From the NCBI GenBank assembly GCA_030614255.1, contig JAUWKI010000001.1:69113-133112 (forward strand): a DNA stretch of 64,000 bases, read 5' to 3'. Positions 50,689 through 60,567 of this stretch are shown here, in pieces; positions within the stretch are counted from its first letter, which is position 1, and each line of letters begins with the position of its first letter. The notes beneath the pieces are model-generated. The model saw nothing but the letters and a program-made list of their open reading frames with translations, was not told the origin of the DNA and ran no database searches. A program made the translations under genes and the position numbers. Source of the DNA: Actinomycetes bacterium (GTDB taxonomy: Bacteria > Actinomycetota > Aquicultoria > UBA3085 > Oleimmundimicrobiaceae).

Positions 50689-51743
50689 TATCCCCCCCCA
50701 ACAAAAAGTCCGAAAATGTCAGAGAAAGTGACTACGACTATCAAAGAGATAAGCAAAACTACTCCGATGGCTTGTATGGTAATCATGGTTTTTACTTTTA
50801 ACGGCCTTTTGGCCACAATTTCATAACCCATGAAAGCAAGCTTCCCGCCATCTAAAGGAGGTATCGGAATCAAGTTAGCAATTCCTAAACCGATGCTCAT
50901 CTGAGCTAAAATTCCTAAAAAAGCTATTACTCCCTCTTGAGCACCAACGGATATCTCTTTAGCTAAACCTACCGGGCCAAGTATTCTGCCCGTAAATCCT
51001 TCCAACGCTCTCCCTGTAATGAGCGAAAACAACAATTTCAAAGTTATCCAGATAATTTCAATTGTAGTTTTTAATCCTTGATAAAGCGCAGAGAATACAC
51101 CAGATTTTTTGGTGCCCATCTTGGTAGCCACACCTAAAAAACCTACACCATCCTCTTCGGCAATTTTTGCAATGAGAACAACTTCACTATCACCACGTAG
51201 AACTGTAAATTCCTGTGTCTTGTTTGGGCTCTCTTTAACTATTTTAGTTACTTCATCCCAGGTTTCAATCTTTTCTTTTCCGATAAAGATAATTCTATCT
51301 TCTGCTTTAAACCCTACTTCAGCGGCGGGATAACCCGGAATGACTTCTTCGATAACCGTTGTTGGAAAAGGCACCCCTATCATAAAGATTATGGCAATTA
51401 AAAAAACGGGGAGTAAAAAATTCATGAGCGGACCGCTCATAAGAGTACAAACTCGTTTCCACCAGGGTTGGTTGCCTAAAACGGGTAATCTCTCCTCTTT
51501 CGATAGAATATCTTCCGGTTTAATGTCCTCAAGCTTAACGTATCCTCCCAAAGGAAAAGCGGCTATCCCATAAACCGTATCTCTGACCTTGAAAGAGACA
51601 AGCTTGGGACCATATCCCAAAATAAATTCATAAACTTCTATCTTCAAAATCTTGGCCACTATAAAGTGCCCAAACTCATGAATGAAGATTAAAAATCCTA
51701 TTGCTAAAATTGTAAGAACCACTCTTCCAAAAATACCAATCAA
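50688..51743 (-). CDS. rseP: RIP metalloprotease RseP (M50 site-2 protease)
   Basis: HEFGHFIVAK zinc motif, a single PDZ domain, and the NLIPIPPLDGG motif. Confidence 0.88.
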   Translation of the reverse strand: MIGIFGRVVLTILAIGFLIFIHEFGHFIVAKILKIEVYEFILGYGPKLVSFKVRDTVYGIAAFPLGGYVKLEDIKPEDILSKEERLPVLGNQPWWKRVCTLMSGPLMNFLLPVFLIAIIFMIGVPFPTTVIEEVIPGYPAAEVGFKAEDRIIFIGKEKIETWDEVTKIVKESPNKTQEFTVLRGDSEVVLIAKIAEEDGVGFLGVATKMGTKKSGVFSALYQGLKTTIEIIWITLKLLFSLITGRALEGFTGRILGPVGLAKEISVGAQEGVIAFLGILAQMSIGLGIANLIPIPPLDGGKLAFMGYEIVAKRPLKVKTMITIQAIGVVLLISLIVVVTFSDIFGLFVGGG

Positions 51744-51750
51744 AGCTACC

Positions 51751-52905
51751 CTAGCTCCTCTCTAGCCCTATTATTTCTTTTGTTCGACTCCTTGCCCAAT
51801 CTTCTACCATCTTTAAAACATCTAATCCCGTCGGCTCAACCACTTCATGCTCTGAAAGAACCTTATAGATTATCTTTGGAATAGATAAAAACGAAATCTC
51901 CTCGTTCAGGAAAGCAGCAACCACTTCTTCATTAGCAGCATTTAAAACAGAGGGAAACGTCCCACCCTTTTTACCAGATTCAATCGCATACTTCAAACAG
52001 GGAAAATTCACCAAATCGGGTTCCTCAAAAGTAAGTTGCCGCGTTTCCAACAGGTTGAGCATAGGAGTTGGTGAAGGTAGCCTGCTTGGATACGAAAGCG
52101 CATACTGTATTGGAATCCTCATATCCGTTGGTCCCAAGTGTGCTTTTATTGAACCGTCGATGAACTCAACCATAGAGTGTATAACGCTTTGAGGATGAAT
52201 TAAAACTTCAACTTTATCGTAGTCCACGTGAAACAAAAAATGGGCCTCAATAACTTCTAATCCTTTATTCATCAACGTTGCCGAATCTATCGATATCTTT
52301 TTACCCATATTCCATTTAGGGTGAGCGAGAGTTTCTTTAACCGTTACTAGTCTTAAATCAGTCGTTTTTCTTCCCTTAAACGGACCACCTGATGCTGTTA
52401 AAATTATCTTATTAACCTCTTTGGTTTTTTCACCAATTAGGCACTGATAAATAGCACTATGTTCACTATCAACAGGAATTATCGTTGCTTCAGTTTTCGA
52501 AAGCAACTTGTTTATAATTTCACCGCCAACAACCATAGACTCCTTATTTGCCAGCGCAAGTGTTCTGCCTGATTTAATAACTTCGATAGTTGATTCCAGG
52601 CCCACGGAACCCACAAGAGCATTCAAAACTAGGTCCGCATCAAAAAGAGCTAGCTCCGTAAGTCCCTTTTTCCCGTAGAAAATCTTGATATTCTCTTTAA
52701 GTGAATCACGCAATACTTGAGCAAGATCAGCGTCAGATACAGTAACAGCTTTAGGTCTAAACTCGCTCACCTGATCCATCAAAAGCTCAATATTTCGATA
52801 AGCTGATAACCCAACCACCTGGAAAGCATCTTGATGTTTCCTGACAACATCAAGAGTTTGCCTTCCAATTGAACCAGTCGAGCCTAGAATGATTAATTTT
52901 TTCAT
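51751..52905 (-). CDS. dxr: 1-deoxy-D-xylulose 5-phosphate reductoisomerase
   Basis: ILGSTGSIG, LANKESMV, PVDSEHSAI and HPKWNMG motifs. Confidence 0.95.
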   Translation of the reverse strand: MKKLIILGSTGSIGRQTLDVVRKHQDAFQVVGLSAYRNIELLMDQVSEFRPKAVTVSDADLAQVLRDSLKENIKIFYGKKGLTELALFDADLVLNALVGSVGLESTIEVIKSGRTLALANKESMVVGGEIINKLLSKTEATIIPVDSEHSAIYQCLIGEKTKEVNKIILTASGGPFKGRKTTDLRLVTVKETLAHPKWNMGKKISIDSATLMNKGLEVIEAHFLFHVDYDKVEVLIHPQSVIHSMVEFIDGSIKAHLGPTDMRIPIQYALSYPSRLPSPTPMLNLLETRQLTFEEPDLVNFPCLKYAIESGKKGGTFPSVLNAANEEVVAAFLNEEISFLSIPKIIYKVLSEHEVVEPTGLDVLKMVEDWARSRTKEIIGLERS

Positions 52906-52912
52906 ATCAACC

Positions 52913-53704
52913 CTACCTTAATAGTAACACCTTCATTAAATAAAAAGCTGCCGGTGCGGAGAGAATAAGACTGTCAAACCTATCAAGTATTCCGCCATGT
53001 CCTGGAAGTATCGCACCACTGTCTTTGGCTCCTACGGTTCGTTTCAGTTTGGATTCAACAAGATCGCCCAGTTGACCAAAGATAGCAATAACTACACCCA
53101 TTAAAATTCTCTCAAAAAAATTTAGGACCGGGATAAACCAAAAACAACTTACCACAAGAGCAGTTGCCAATAGTCCCCCTATCGCTCCCTCCCATGTTTT
53201 GTGAGGACTAATCTTGGGAGCCAATTTTCTTTTTCCAAACAATGAGCCCAAAAAATAAGCCGATATATCACAAGTCCAAGTTGCTAAAAAAACTGTGAGG
53301 ACAAGCAAGACCCCGTAACTATCAACCTTGCGTATTAAAATTAAGTGGCTTAATAAAAATCCGACATAAATGGGAGCAAATATCGTTAAGGCGACACTTT
53401 TGATTGGGAATGAGCATCTCCAAAAAAGTTTTCGCATTGATATCAAGAATGCTGCAAGAATAAGACCAAACAGAAAACCCTTTACGCCATAGAGAAATGA
53501 AAAAAAACAGAAAGCTGCTCCGGTAAATAAAACGATAGCAACATCTGGTTTTGCGTCAGATTTTTTATAAAACAAGGAGAACTCTATGAGTGCTAAAACA
53601 ACAATTAACGTCACCAACAAAAAGAAGGGAAGCTCTCCGAGGAATAAAAATCCCAACAATATCGGGATACCCGCAACAGCAGTAATGATTCTCTCCCTGA
53701 GCAT
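52913..53704 (-). CDS. cdsA: Phosphatidate cytidylyltransferase
   Basis: Multi-TM protein with the C-terminal signature SKLKRTVGAKDSGAILPGHGGILDRFDS. Confidence 0.9.
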   Translation of the reverse strand: MLRERIITAVAGIPILLGFLFLGELPFFLLVTLIVVLALIEFSLFYKKSDAKPDVAIVLFTGAAFCFFSFLYGVKGFLFGLILAAFLISMRKLFWRCSFPIKSVALTIFAPIYVGFLLSHLILIRKVDSYGVLLVLTVFLATWTCDISAYFLGSLFGKRKLAPKISPHKTWEGAIGGLLATALVVSCFWFIPVLNFFERILMGVVIAIFGQLGDLVESKLKRTVGAKDSGAILPGHGGILDRFDSLILSAPAAFYLMKVLLLR

Positions 53705-53727
53705 TCTTCCTCCATTAAAGATAGTTA

Positions 53728-54516
53728 TTATAGTCCGCCAAAACGTCTTTCTCGCCGTTGAAAATCATATATTGCTTCAAAAAAATCGCTTTTCTTAAAG
53801 TCGGGCCACAATACAGGAGTTATCCAAAATTCCGAGTATACTATCTGCCACAACAAAAAATTACTTATCCTTCTCTCTCCTCCTGTTCTTATCAAAAGTT
53901 CCGGGTAGACAGCGTCAGACATGTAAAGATTGTCGGCTAAGGTCTTTTCGTCAATTTTATCTGGTTCCAACTCTTTTTTGTCAACTTTTTTTACAATTTG
54001 CCGAACAGCGTCGACTATTTCCGCTCTCCCGCTATAATTAATTGCTATATTTAAGACTAATCCCGTATTTTTTTCTGTAAGAGACGTGGCCCTTCCAATA
54101 GTTTTTTGCAATCTTTGAGATAATTCACCTAACCGGCCGGTGGCAATAAATCTAACATTATTTTCATGAAGCTCCCTTATTTCCCTGTCTAACATTTCAA
54201 CAAATAGATCCATGAGAGCAGATACTTCATCTTTGGGTCTTTGCCAATTTTCAACCGAAAAGGCATATAGGGTTAAGTACTTAATGCTTAGCTCCGAAGC
54301 AGTTTCAACAGTTTGACGAACAATTTTTGTCCCAGCTCTGTGGCCAACAATGCGAGGAAGCCCCCTCATCTTTGCCCATCGGCCATTTCCATCCATAATA
54401 ATGGCAACATGAACCGGTACTTTATTTATGTCTATGTGCCTTAAAAAAAAACCTCCGCTTGCCTTTGGGAATATTAAACGAAGGCTTTCTACTAATCTCT
54501 TAACTGTATTAAACAC
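53728..54516 (-). CDS. uppS: Isoprenyl transferase (undecaprenyl diphosphate synthase family)
   Basis: HVAIIMDGNGRWA, FSVENWQRP and RTGGERRISNFLLWQ motifs. Confidence 0.93.
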   Translation of the reverse strand: MFNTVKRLVESLRLIFPKASGGFFLRHIDINKVPVHVAIIMDGNGRWAKMRGLPRIVGHRAGTKIVRQTVETASELSIKYLTLYAFSVENWQRPKDEVSALMDLFVEMLDREIRELHENNVRFIATGRLGELSQRLQKTIGRATSLTEKNTGLVLNIAINYSGRAEIVDAVRQIVKKVDKKELEPDKIDEKTLADNLYMSDAVYPELLIRTGGERRISNFLLWQIVYSEFWITPVLWPDFKKSDFFEAIYDFQRRERRFGGL

Positions 54517-54543
54517 GTTTACGGGTTACCTTTCTTTTGAGAT

Positions 54544-55825
<1,282 letters not shown>

Positions 55826-55915
55826 TTAATCCCTTTCGTTAAGTTTCTCCTTTCGACCCCCGGAAAAACCTAATTAACGCTTAATGGGCCCATTAATACA
55901 GAGAACTAACTTCGC

Positions 55916-56515
55916 CTATTCTTCCTCCCCGAGCAAATATCTCTCGAAGCGCTTGATAACTATATTTTCTCCAATTTTTCCAACTATTTCAGAAAGATAA
56001 ATTTGAATGGTTAAGTCCTGATTTTTAACAAATGGTTGGTCTAGAAGACACATCTTCTCGTAAAATTTTTCAAGCTTCCCTTCGACTATCTTGTCGATTA
56101 TCTTCTCCGGTTTCCCCTCGTTAAGAGCTTGTTCTTTATATATATCGCGCTCTTTTTCTATTACCTCCGAGGACACTTCGTCTCTTGAAATCCAGAGTGG
56201 ACTTGCAGCAGCAATATGCATAGCAATATCATGAGCAAAATTTTTAAAATCTTCATTACGCGCTACAAAATCTGTTTCACAATTAATTTCTAAAATAACG
56301 CCTAGCTTACTGCCGGAATGTATGTATGTATCAATAATCCCTTCGTTGGTAGCTCTTCCAACTTTTTTTTGTAAAGCAACGGCTCCTTTTTTACGTAAAA
56401 TATCGACAGCTTTCTCTGAATCCCCTTCTGCCTCAACCAGGGCTGTTTTACACTCCATCATGCCTGCCCCTGTAGAGTCCCTGAGTTTTTTCACTTGGGC
56501 AGCAACTATTGTCAT
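55916..56515 (-). CDS. tsf: Elongation factor Ts (short, ~200-aa form)
   Basis: UBA-like N-domain VKKLRDSTGAGMMECKTALVEAEGDSEKAVDILRKKG and the core LEINCETDFVARNEDF. Confidence 0.93.
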   Translation of the reverse strand: MTIVAAQVKKLRDSTGAGMMECKTALVEAEGDSEKAVDILRKKGAVALQKKVGRATNEGIIDTYIHSGSKLGVILEINCETDFVARNEDFKNFAHDIAMHIAAASPLWISRDEVSSEVIEKERDIYKEQALNEGKPEKIIDKIVEGKLEKFYEKMCLLDQPFVKNQDLTIQIYLSEIVGKIGENIVIKRFERYLLGEEE

Positions 56516-56546
56516 TTGTTGTTGACCTCCAATTTAAGATATTTTT

Positions 56547-56575
56547 GTTATGGCGAGTCGCGAAGACTCGCCATA
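56547..56575 (-). other. Stable 12-bp stem-loop between rpsB and tsf
   Basis: ttatggcgagtc-gcgaa-gactcgccataa is a perfect inverted repeat starting 3 nt after the rpsB stop. No U-tract follows on the minus strand. Confidence 0.45.
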
Positions 56576-56577
56576 AT

Positions 56578-57300
56578 CTAGTCCTTGTTTACTTCGGATT
56601 CTTCTCCTTCGGGCACCCTTCTTCTGATTCCATCCAGACACGCATCTGCCATAATCTTGCTCAGCAAAGTAACCGCCTTAATCGCATCATCGTTAGCAGG
56701 AATAATATAGTCAACTTCATCAGGATCCGCGTTCGTGTCCACTACTCCAACAATTGGAACCTCAAGTCTTCTGGCCTCTTTAACTGCTATTTGCTCTTTC
56801 TTTGTATCGATTACAAATACTATCTCCGGCAGCTTCTTCATGCTTCTAATTCCATCGAGATTTTTTGCAAGCTTTTCCTTTTTAGCTAAAAGCTTCAATG
56901 CTTCCTTTTTTGGAAGTTTGTTTAGTGATCCGTCTTCGCTCATTTCCTCAAGCTCTTTTAAATGATCAATTCGTTTGCTGATTGTCTTAAAATTTGTCAA
57001 CATTCCACCCAGCCAACGATAATTTACATATGGCATTCCGCATCTATTGGCTTCTTGCATAATTCCCTCTTGAGCTTGTTTCTTAGTAGCCACAAAAAGA
57101 ACCGTTCCACCATTAGCAACGGTCTCCCTAACAAAAGCATATGTCGATTCGATCAAAGCTAGAGTTTTTTGAAGATCAATGATATAAATATCGTTTCTTT
57201 CGGTGAAGATGTACGGCTTCATTTTTGGATTCCAGCGACGTGTTTGGTGTCCAAAATGAACTCCTGCTTCAAGCAGGTTTTTCATCGAAACTACAGCCAT
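56578..57300 (-). CDS. rpsB: 30S ribosomal protein S2
   Basis: [19 protein letters not shown] and VVDTNADPD motifs. Confidence 0.97.
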   Translation of the reverse strand: MAVVSMKNLLEAGVHFGHQTRRWNPKMKPYIFTERNDIYIIDLQKTLALIESTYAFVRETVANGGTVLFVATKKQAQEGIMQEANRCGMPYVNYRWLGGMLTNFKTISKRIDHLKELEEMSEDGSLNKLPKKEALKLLAKKEKLAKNLDGIRSMKKLPEIVFVIDTKKEQIAVKEARRLEVPIVGVVDTNADPDEVDYIIPANDDAIKAVTLLSKIMADACLDGIRRRVPEGEESEVNKD

Positions 57301-57498
57301 ACTTTCACCTCCTCTCTCTTTAGGTTTATACCTCCGTTGGCTTCAACCCTGTTTTAACCCATAAAGGGACCCTTAAAACAAGTCCACCAACGTGTGTTAT
57401 TAAGCGTGAACAGTTTAACACAACCGGGTAATTTGAGGCAACACGCGTAAAAACATTGACATTAAAAAGATTTTTTATATTAACAAATTAAAAAAAAC

Positions 57499-57528
57499 TT
57501 GACATCGAACGTTTGTTCCCATTATTCT
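57499..57528 (+). promoter_or_regulatory. Promoter with LexA box for the Cas4-like nuclease gene
   Basis: TTGACA (57499-57504), then CGAACgtttGTTCC (57506-57519, one mismatch to CGAAC-N4-GTTCG), then TATTCT (57523-57528). The 12-mer TTGACATCGAAC is identical to the recA promoter-operator. Confidence 0.7.
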
Positions 57529-57552
57529 ATTGGTAGAACCGGAAAGGATAAA

Positions 57553-58698
57553 ATGATATTAAGCTACTCATCAATTTCAACATATCAAAATTGTCCACTT
57601 TCTTATAAGTTTGCTTACCTGGATAGACTTCCTCGTAAAAAAAGCCCTTATTTAAGCTTTGGTAAGATTATTCATAAGGCTTTGTACTATTTTTACAACG
57701 TTCCAACGCCAAATCCACCCTCAATTGAAAAGATTTTAAGCTACATCCATGAAAACTGGTCCCCGGAGGGATACCTGAGTAAATCAGAAGAAAGTGCCTA
57801 CAAAGAATATGCTGAACAAGTTCTAACAAACTTTTACCGTGTCAACATTGATACCTTCTCTCTGCCGGTTGCACTTGAGCACAGATTTAAAATTCCACTT
57901 AATGAAAGACTGCCATCAGGTGAACCTTGTATTCTTTCTGGAATAATCGATAAAGTTGAAAAAACGCCGAGCGGAGGGTTGGAAATTATAGATTACAAAA
58001 CTGGTCGAAAGCTCCCTTCTCAATCCCACGTTGACAATGATCTTCAGCTTTCCTTATATTGCTTTGCTGTAAAAGAGATCTGGCAGATAGAACCAGAGAA
58101 ACTTACATTGTATTTCGTGGTACCAGACATAAAAATGAGCACTACCAGAAAGGCCGAGGGTATAATCGAAACGAAGAATCTTATTTTAAACGTTGCCAAA
58201 AACATCAAAGAAGGCAATTTTGAACCAATCGAGAACGCTTTGTGTAACTGGTGCGACTTTCAAATTCATTGTCCCCTTTTTAAATACAAATTTAAAAAAA
58301 GCGTAGAACCAGCCGAGACTAAAAAAATTATTGATGAATATGTCGAAGTAAAAAAGAGAGAAAAGATCACAAGAGAACGCATAAAAGAACTGCAAACGCT
58401 TATTCACCAGCATCTTGACGAAAATAATTGCGACAGAATTTACTCAGAAAAGAACGTTGTTGTTAGACTTGAAAGACCTAGTTTTGATTATGACACTGAT
58501 AGATTAAAAAAAATTATGGAGCCGCTGGGACTTTGGGAAAAGATTTTGAAAATCGATACTAACATCTTAGACAATCTCTTAAAAGACGATCTAATCGATA
58601 AGAAAACCAAAGGGCTCATCGGGGCCATTAAAAAGCTAAAAAGCGTTTCTTATGCTTTACACACAAAAGAAATCGATGAGCATCCTGTGAAACATTGA
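57553..58698 (+). CDS. PD-(D/E)XK nuclease, Cas4/AddB-like with 4-Cys Fe-S cluster motif and a ~115-aa C-terminal extension
   Basis: YQNCPLSY (first Cys), GIIDKVE, EIIDYKTG (D...ExK), QLSLY, and CNWCDFQIHC (CxxCx5C). ATG at 57553 follows GGAAAGGA. The track start at 57499 is the TTG of the -35 box. Confidence 0.8.
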   Translation: MILSYSSISTYQNCPLSYKFAYLDRLPRKKSPYLSFGKIIHKALYYFYNVPTPNPPSIEKILSYIHENWSPEGYLSKSEESAYKEYAEQVLTNFYRVNIDTFSLPVALEHRFKIPLNERLPSGEPCILSGIIDKVEKTPSGGLEIIDYKTGRKLPSQSHVDNDLQLSLYCFAVKEIWQIEPEKLTLYFVVPDIKMSTTRKAEGIIETKNLILNVAKNIKEGNFEPIENALCNWCDFQIHCPLFKYKFKKSVEPAETKKIIDEYVEVKKREKITRERIKELQTLIHQHLDENNCDRIYSEKNVVVRLERPSFDYDTDRLKKIMEPLGLWEKILKIDTNILDNLLKDDLIDKKTKGLIGAIKKLKSVSYALHTKEIDEHPVKH

Positions 58699-58702
58699 AA
58701 TT

Positions 58703-59650
58703 TCATCTTTCATGATCTTGCAGATAACGCAAAACATTCTCAAGTTCTTCTGGAAGCTTATCTTTAAAAGCCAGTTTCTCTCCACTTGTCGGATGAATAA
58801 ACTCAAGTCTGTATGCATGGAGAAACTGGCGACTTAGGCCCAAGTTTTTTTCTCGTTTTTTATACCCATATGTAAAATCTCCCACAACAGGGTGGTTTAT
58901 GTATCTCATATGAACACGAATTTGATGGGTTCGGCCCGTCTCCAATTTGGCCTCAAGAAGTGTGTGTTGCCTAAACCTTTGCTTCACCTTAAATGTAGTT
59001 CTTGCTTCCCGCGATTTTCTTTCAGTAACCGCCATCTTTTTTCTCTCTTGCAGGCTTCGCCCAATTGGAGCATCAATCGTTCCTGAATCAACCTCGACAA
59101 CCCCGTGTACTAGAGCAAGATAGAAACGCTTTACTTTCCTTTCTTTTAGCTCATTCGATAAAATCCGATGGGTCTTATCATTTTTTGCTACCATCATAAG
59201 TCCCGAAGTATTTTTATCCAATCTATGAACAATTCCTGGCCTTAAAACGCCCCCAATCCCTGATAAGTCTTTGATCTGTGCTAGCAAGGCATTAACCAAG
59301 GTACCACTTGGATGACCATGCGCGGGATAAACAACCATACCCGCAGGTTTTGAAAGAACAACAACGTCTTTGTCTTCATAGAATATATCCAACGGAATTT
59401 CTTCTGGAATCAATGAAAGCAACCTTGGAGGGGGAATTTTAAGAGAAACAAACTCTCCCTCCGTTAAACGATGATTTTTTGTGACCTTATCGTTGTTGAC
59501 CCTGACAAGCCCTTCCTCGATTAAGCGCTGTGCGAAAGACCGCGAAGAAATTTCCTTTTGAAGTGCCAAAAAAACATCCAGTCTTTTGCCCTTATTTTTT
59601 TCATCAACTTTTAAATCAATTCTCTTGTTACTTGCCACTTTAAAACGCAC
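58703..59650 (-). CDS. rluD: RluA family 23S rRNA pseudouridine synthase (RluD-like)
   Basis: N-terminal S4 domain (GKRLDVFL), catalytic HRLDKNTSGLMMVAK, and the TGRTHQIRVH motif. Confidence 0.9.
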   Translation of the reverse strand: MRFKVASNKRIDLKVDEKNKGKRLDVFLALQKEISSRSFAQRLIEEGLVRVNNDKVTKNHRLTEGEFVSLKIPPPRLLSLIPEEIPLDIFYEDKDVVVLSKPAGMVVYPAHGHPSGTLVNALLAQIKDLSGIGGVLRPGIVHRLDKNTSGLMMVAKNDKTHRILSNELKERKVKRFYLALVHGVVEVDSGTIDAPIGRSLQERKKMAVTERKSREARTTFKVKQRFRQHTLLEAKLETGRTHQIRVHMRYINHPVVGDFTYGYKKREKNLGLSRQFLHAYRLEFIHPTSGEKLAFKDKLPEELENVLRYLQDHER

Positions 59651-59674
59651 TCCGCCCTCTGGGCCTCTGGGATT

Positions 59675-60412
59675 TTAATGAAAATTACGGAACAGATAAT
59701 TCCTTGATAAAACTATCAGAGAAACTAAAAACAACCCTATGCTAATTAGCTGAGCCGCTGTCAGTCCCCACAACACAATAACCGAAACCCTAAAAAATTC
59801 GACCGAAAAACGCCCCATTGAATAGAGCAGAAGATATATCCAGAAGATCATCCCATCTTTATCGATTTTTCTTCGCAGTTTCCAGATAATTCCAAAAATC
59901 ACTAGATTGAACAGAATGTGATAAATTTGAGTTGGATGACGAGTATGAGAAAGCTCCGGAAACTCAATAGCCCAGAATAAACTCGATGGTTTTCCATAAC
60001 AACATCCGTTTAAAAAACAGCCAACACGTCCAATTGCTATCCCAAAAGCTAAACATGGAGCCGCAATATCTGCCATTTTGGGTAATGAGATTTTTTTTCG
60101 TAAAACAATCAGACAAACTGCGAGAGCACCACCTGCTACTCCGCCATACAGAACAAGTCCCTCTCGAATAGAGAAGACCTGCCGAGGAAACTCGATAAAG
60201 AAGTCTAAACGAGCAAAGATATAAAAAAGTTTTGCCCCAATAATTCCACCAATTATTGCAGCTATAACTAAGTCATAGACAACATTGACATCAATTTTTT
60301 TGCGTTGTAATTCGTACGCGCAAATGAAAAAACCTGCAATAAACGCGACAGCGAGACTAAAACCGTAAGAATAAATCGTTATTGATCCGATTTTGAATAA
60401 AACAGGGCGCAC
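59675..60412 (-). CDS. lgt: Prolipoprotein diacylglyceryl transferase
   Basis: Multi-TM protein with GRVGCFLNGCCYGKP and HPTQIY motifs. GTG start follows GAGGTGA. Confidence 0.92.
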   Translation of the reverse strand: MRPVLFKIGSITIYSYGFSLAVAFIAGFFICAYELQRKKIDVNVVYDLVIAAIIGGIIGAKLFYIFARLDFFIEFPRQVFSIREGLVLYGGVAGGALAVCLIVLRKKISLPKMADIAAPCLAFGIAIGRVGCFLNGCCYGKPSSLFWAIEFPELSHTRHPTQIYHILFNLVIFGIIWKLRRKIDKDGMIFWIYLLLYSMGRFSVEFFRVSVIVLWGLTAAQLISIGLFLVSLIVLSRNYLFRNFH

Positions 60413-60567
60413 TCAATCACCTCAGCTTCCAGCCCTTAATCTCCAGCTAAAAACTAAAAGTTAACAACCAATAATTAGTTGAAACTTCTTCATTTTTCAA
60501 TTTCCAAACTTGACGAAGTCGCTACATTTCTTAATCCTTACCCTATGCGCTCTCTCTGTTTCATGCT

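Noticed and set aside
55881-55896. Perfect 16-bp palindrome ttaatgggcccattaa between tsf and pyrH
   Set aside because: It occurs once. It has no U-tract, no loop (so it makes a poor RNA hairpin), and no recognisable operator family or nearby regulator. The evidence is too thin to call a site.
57499-57552. N-terminal extension of the nuclease ORF (track start at 57499, MTSNVCSHYSIGRTGKDK...)
   Set aside because: The TTG at 57499 is the first base of the -35 hexamer TTGACA, and the extension would be translated across the LexA box and the -10 element. The ATG at 57553 has a proper SD (GGAAAGGA).
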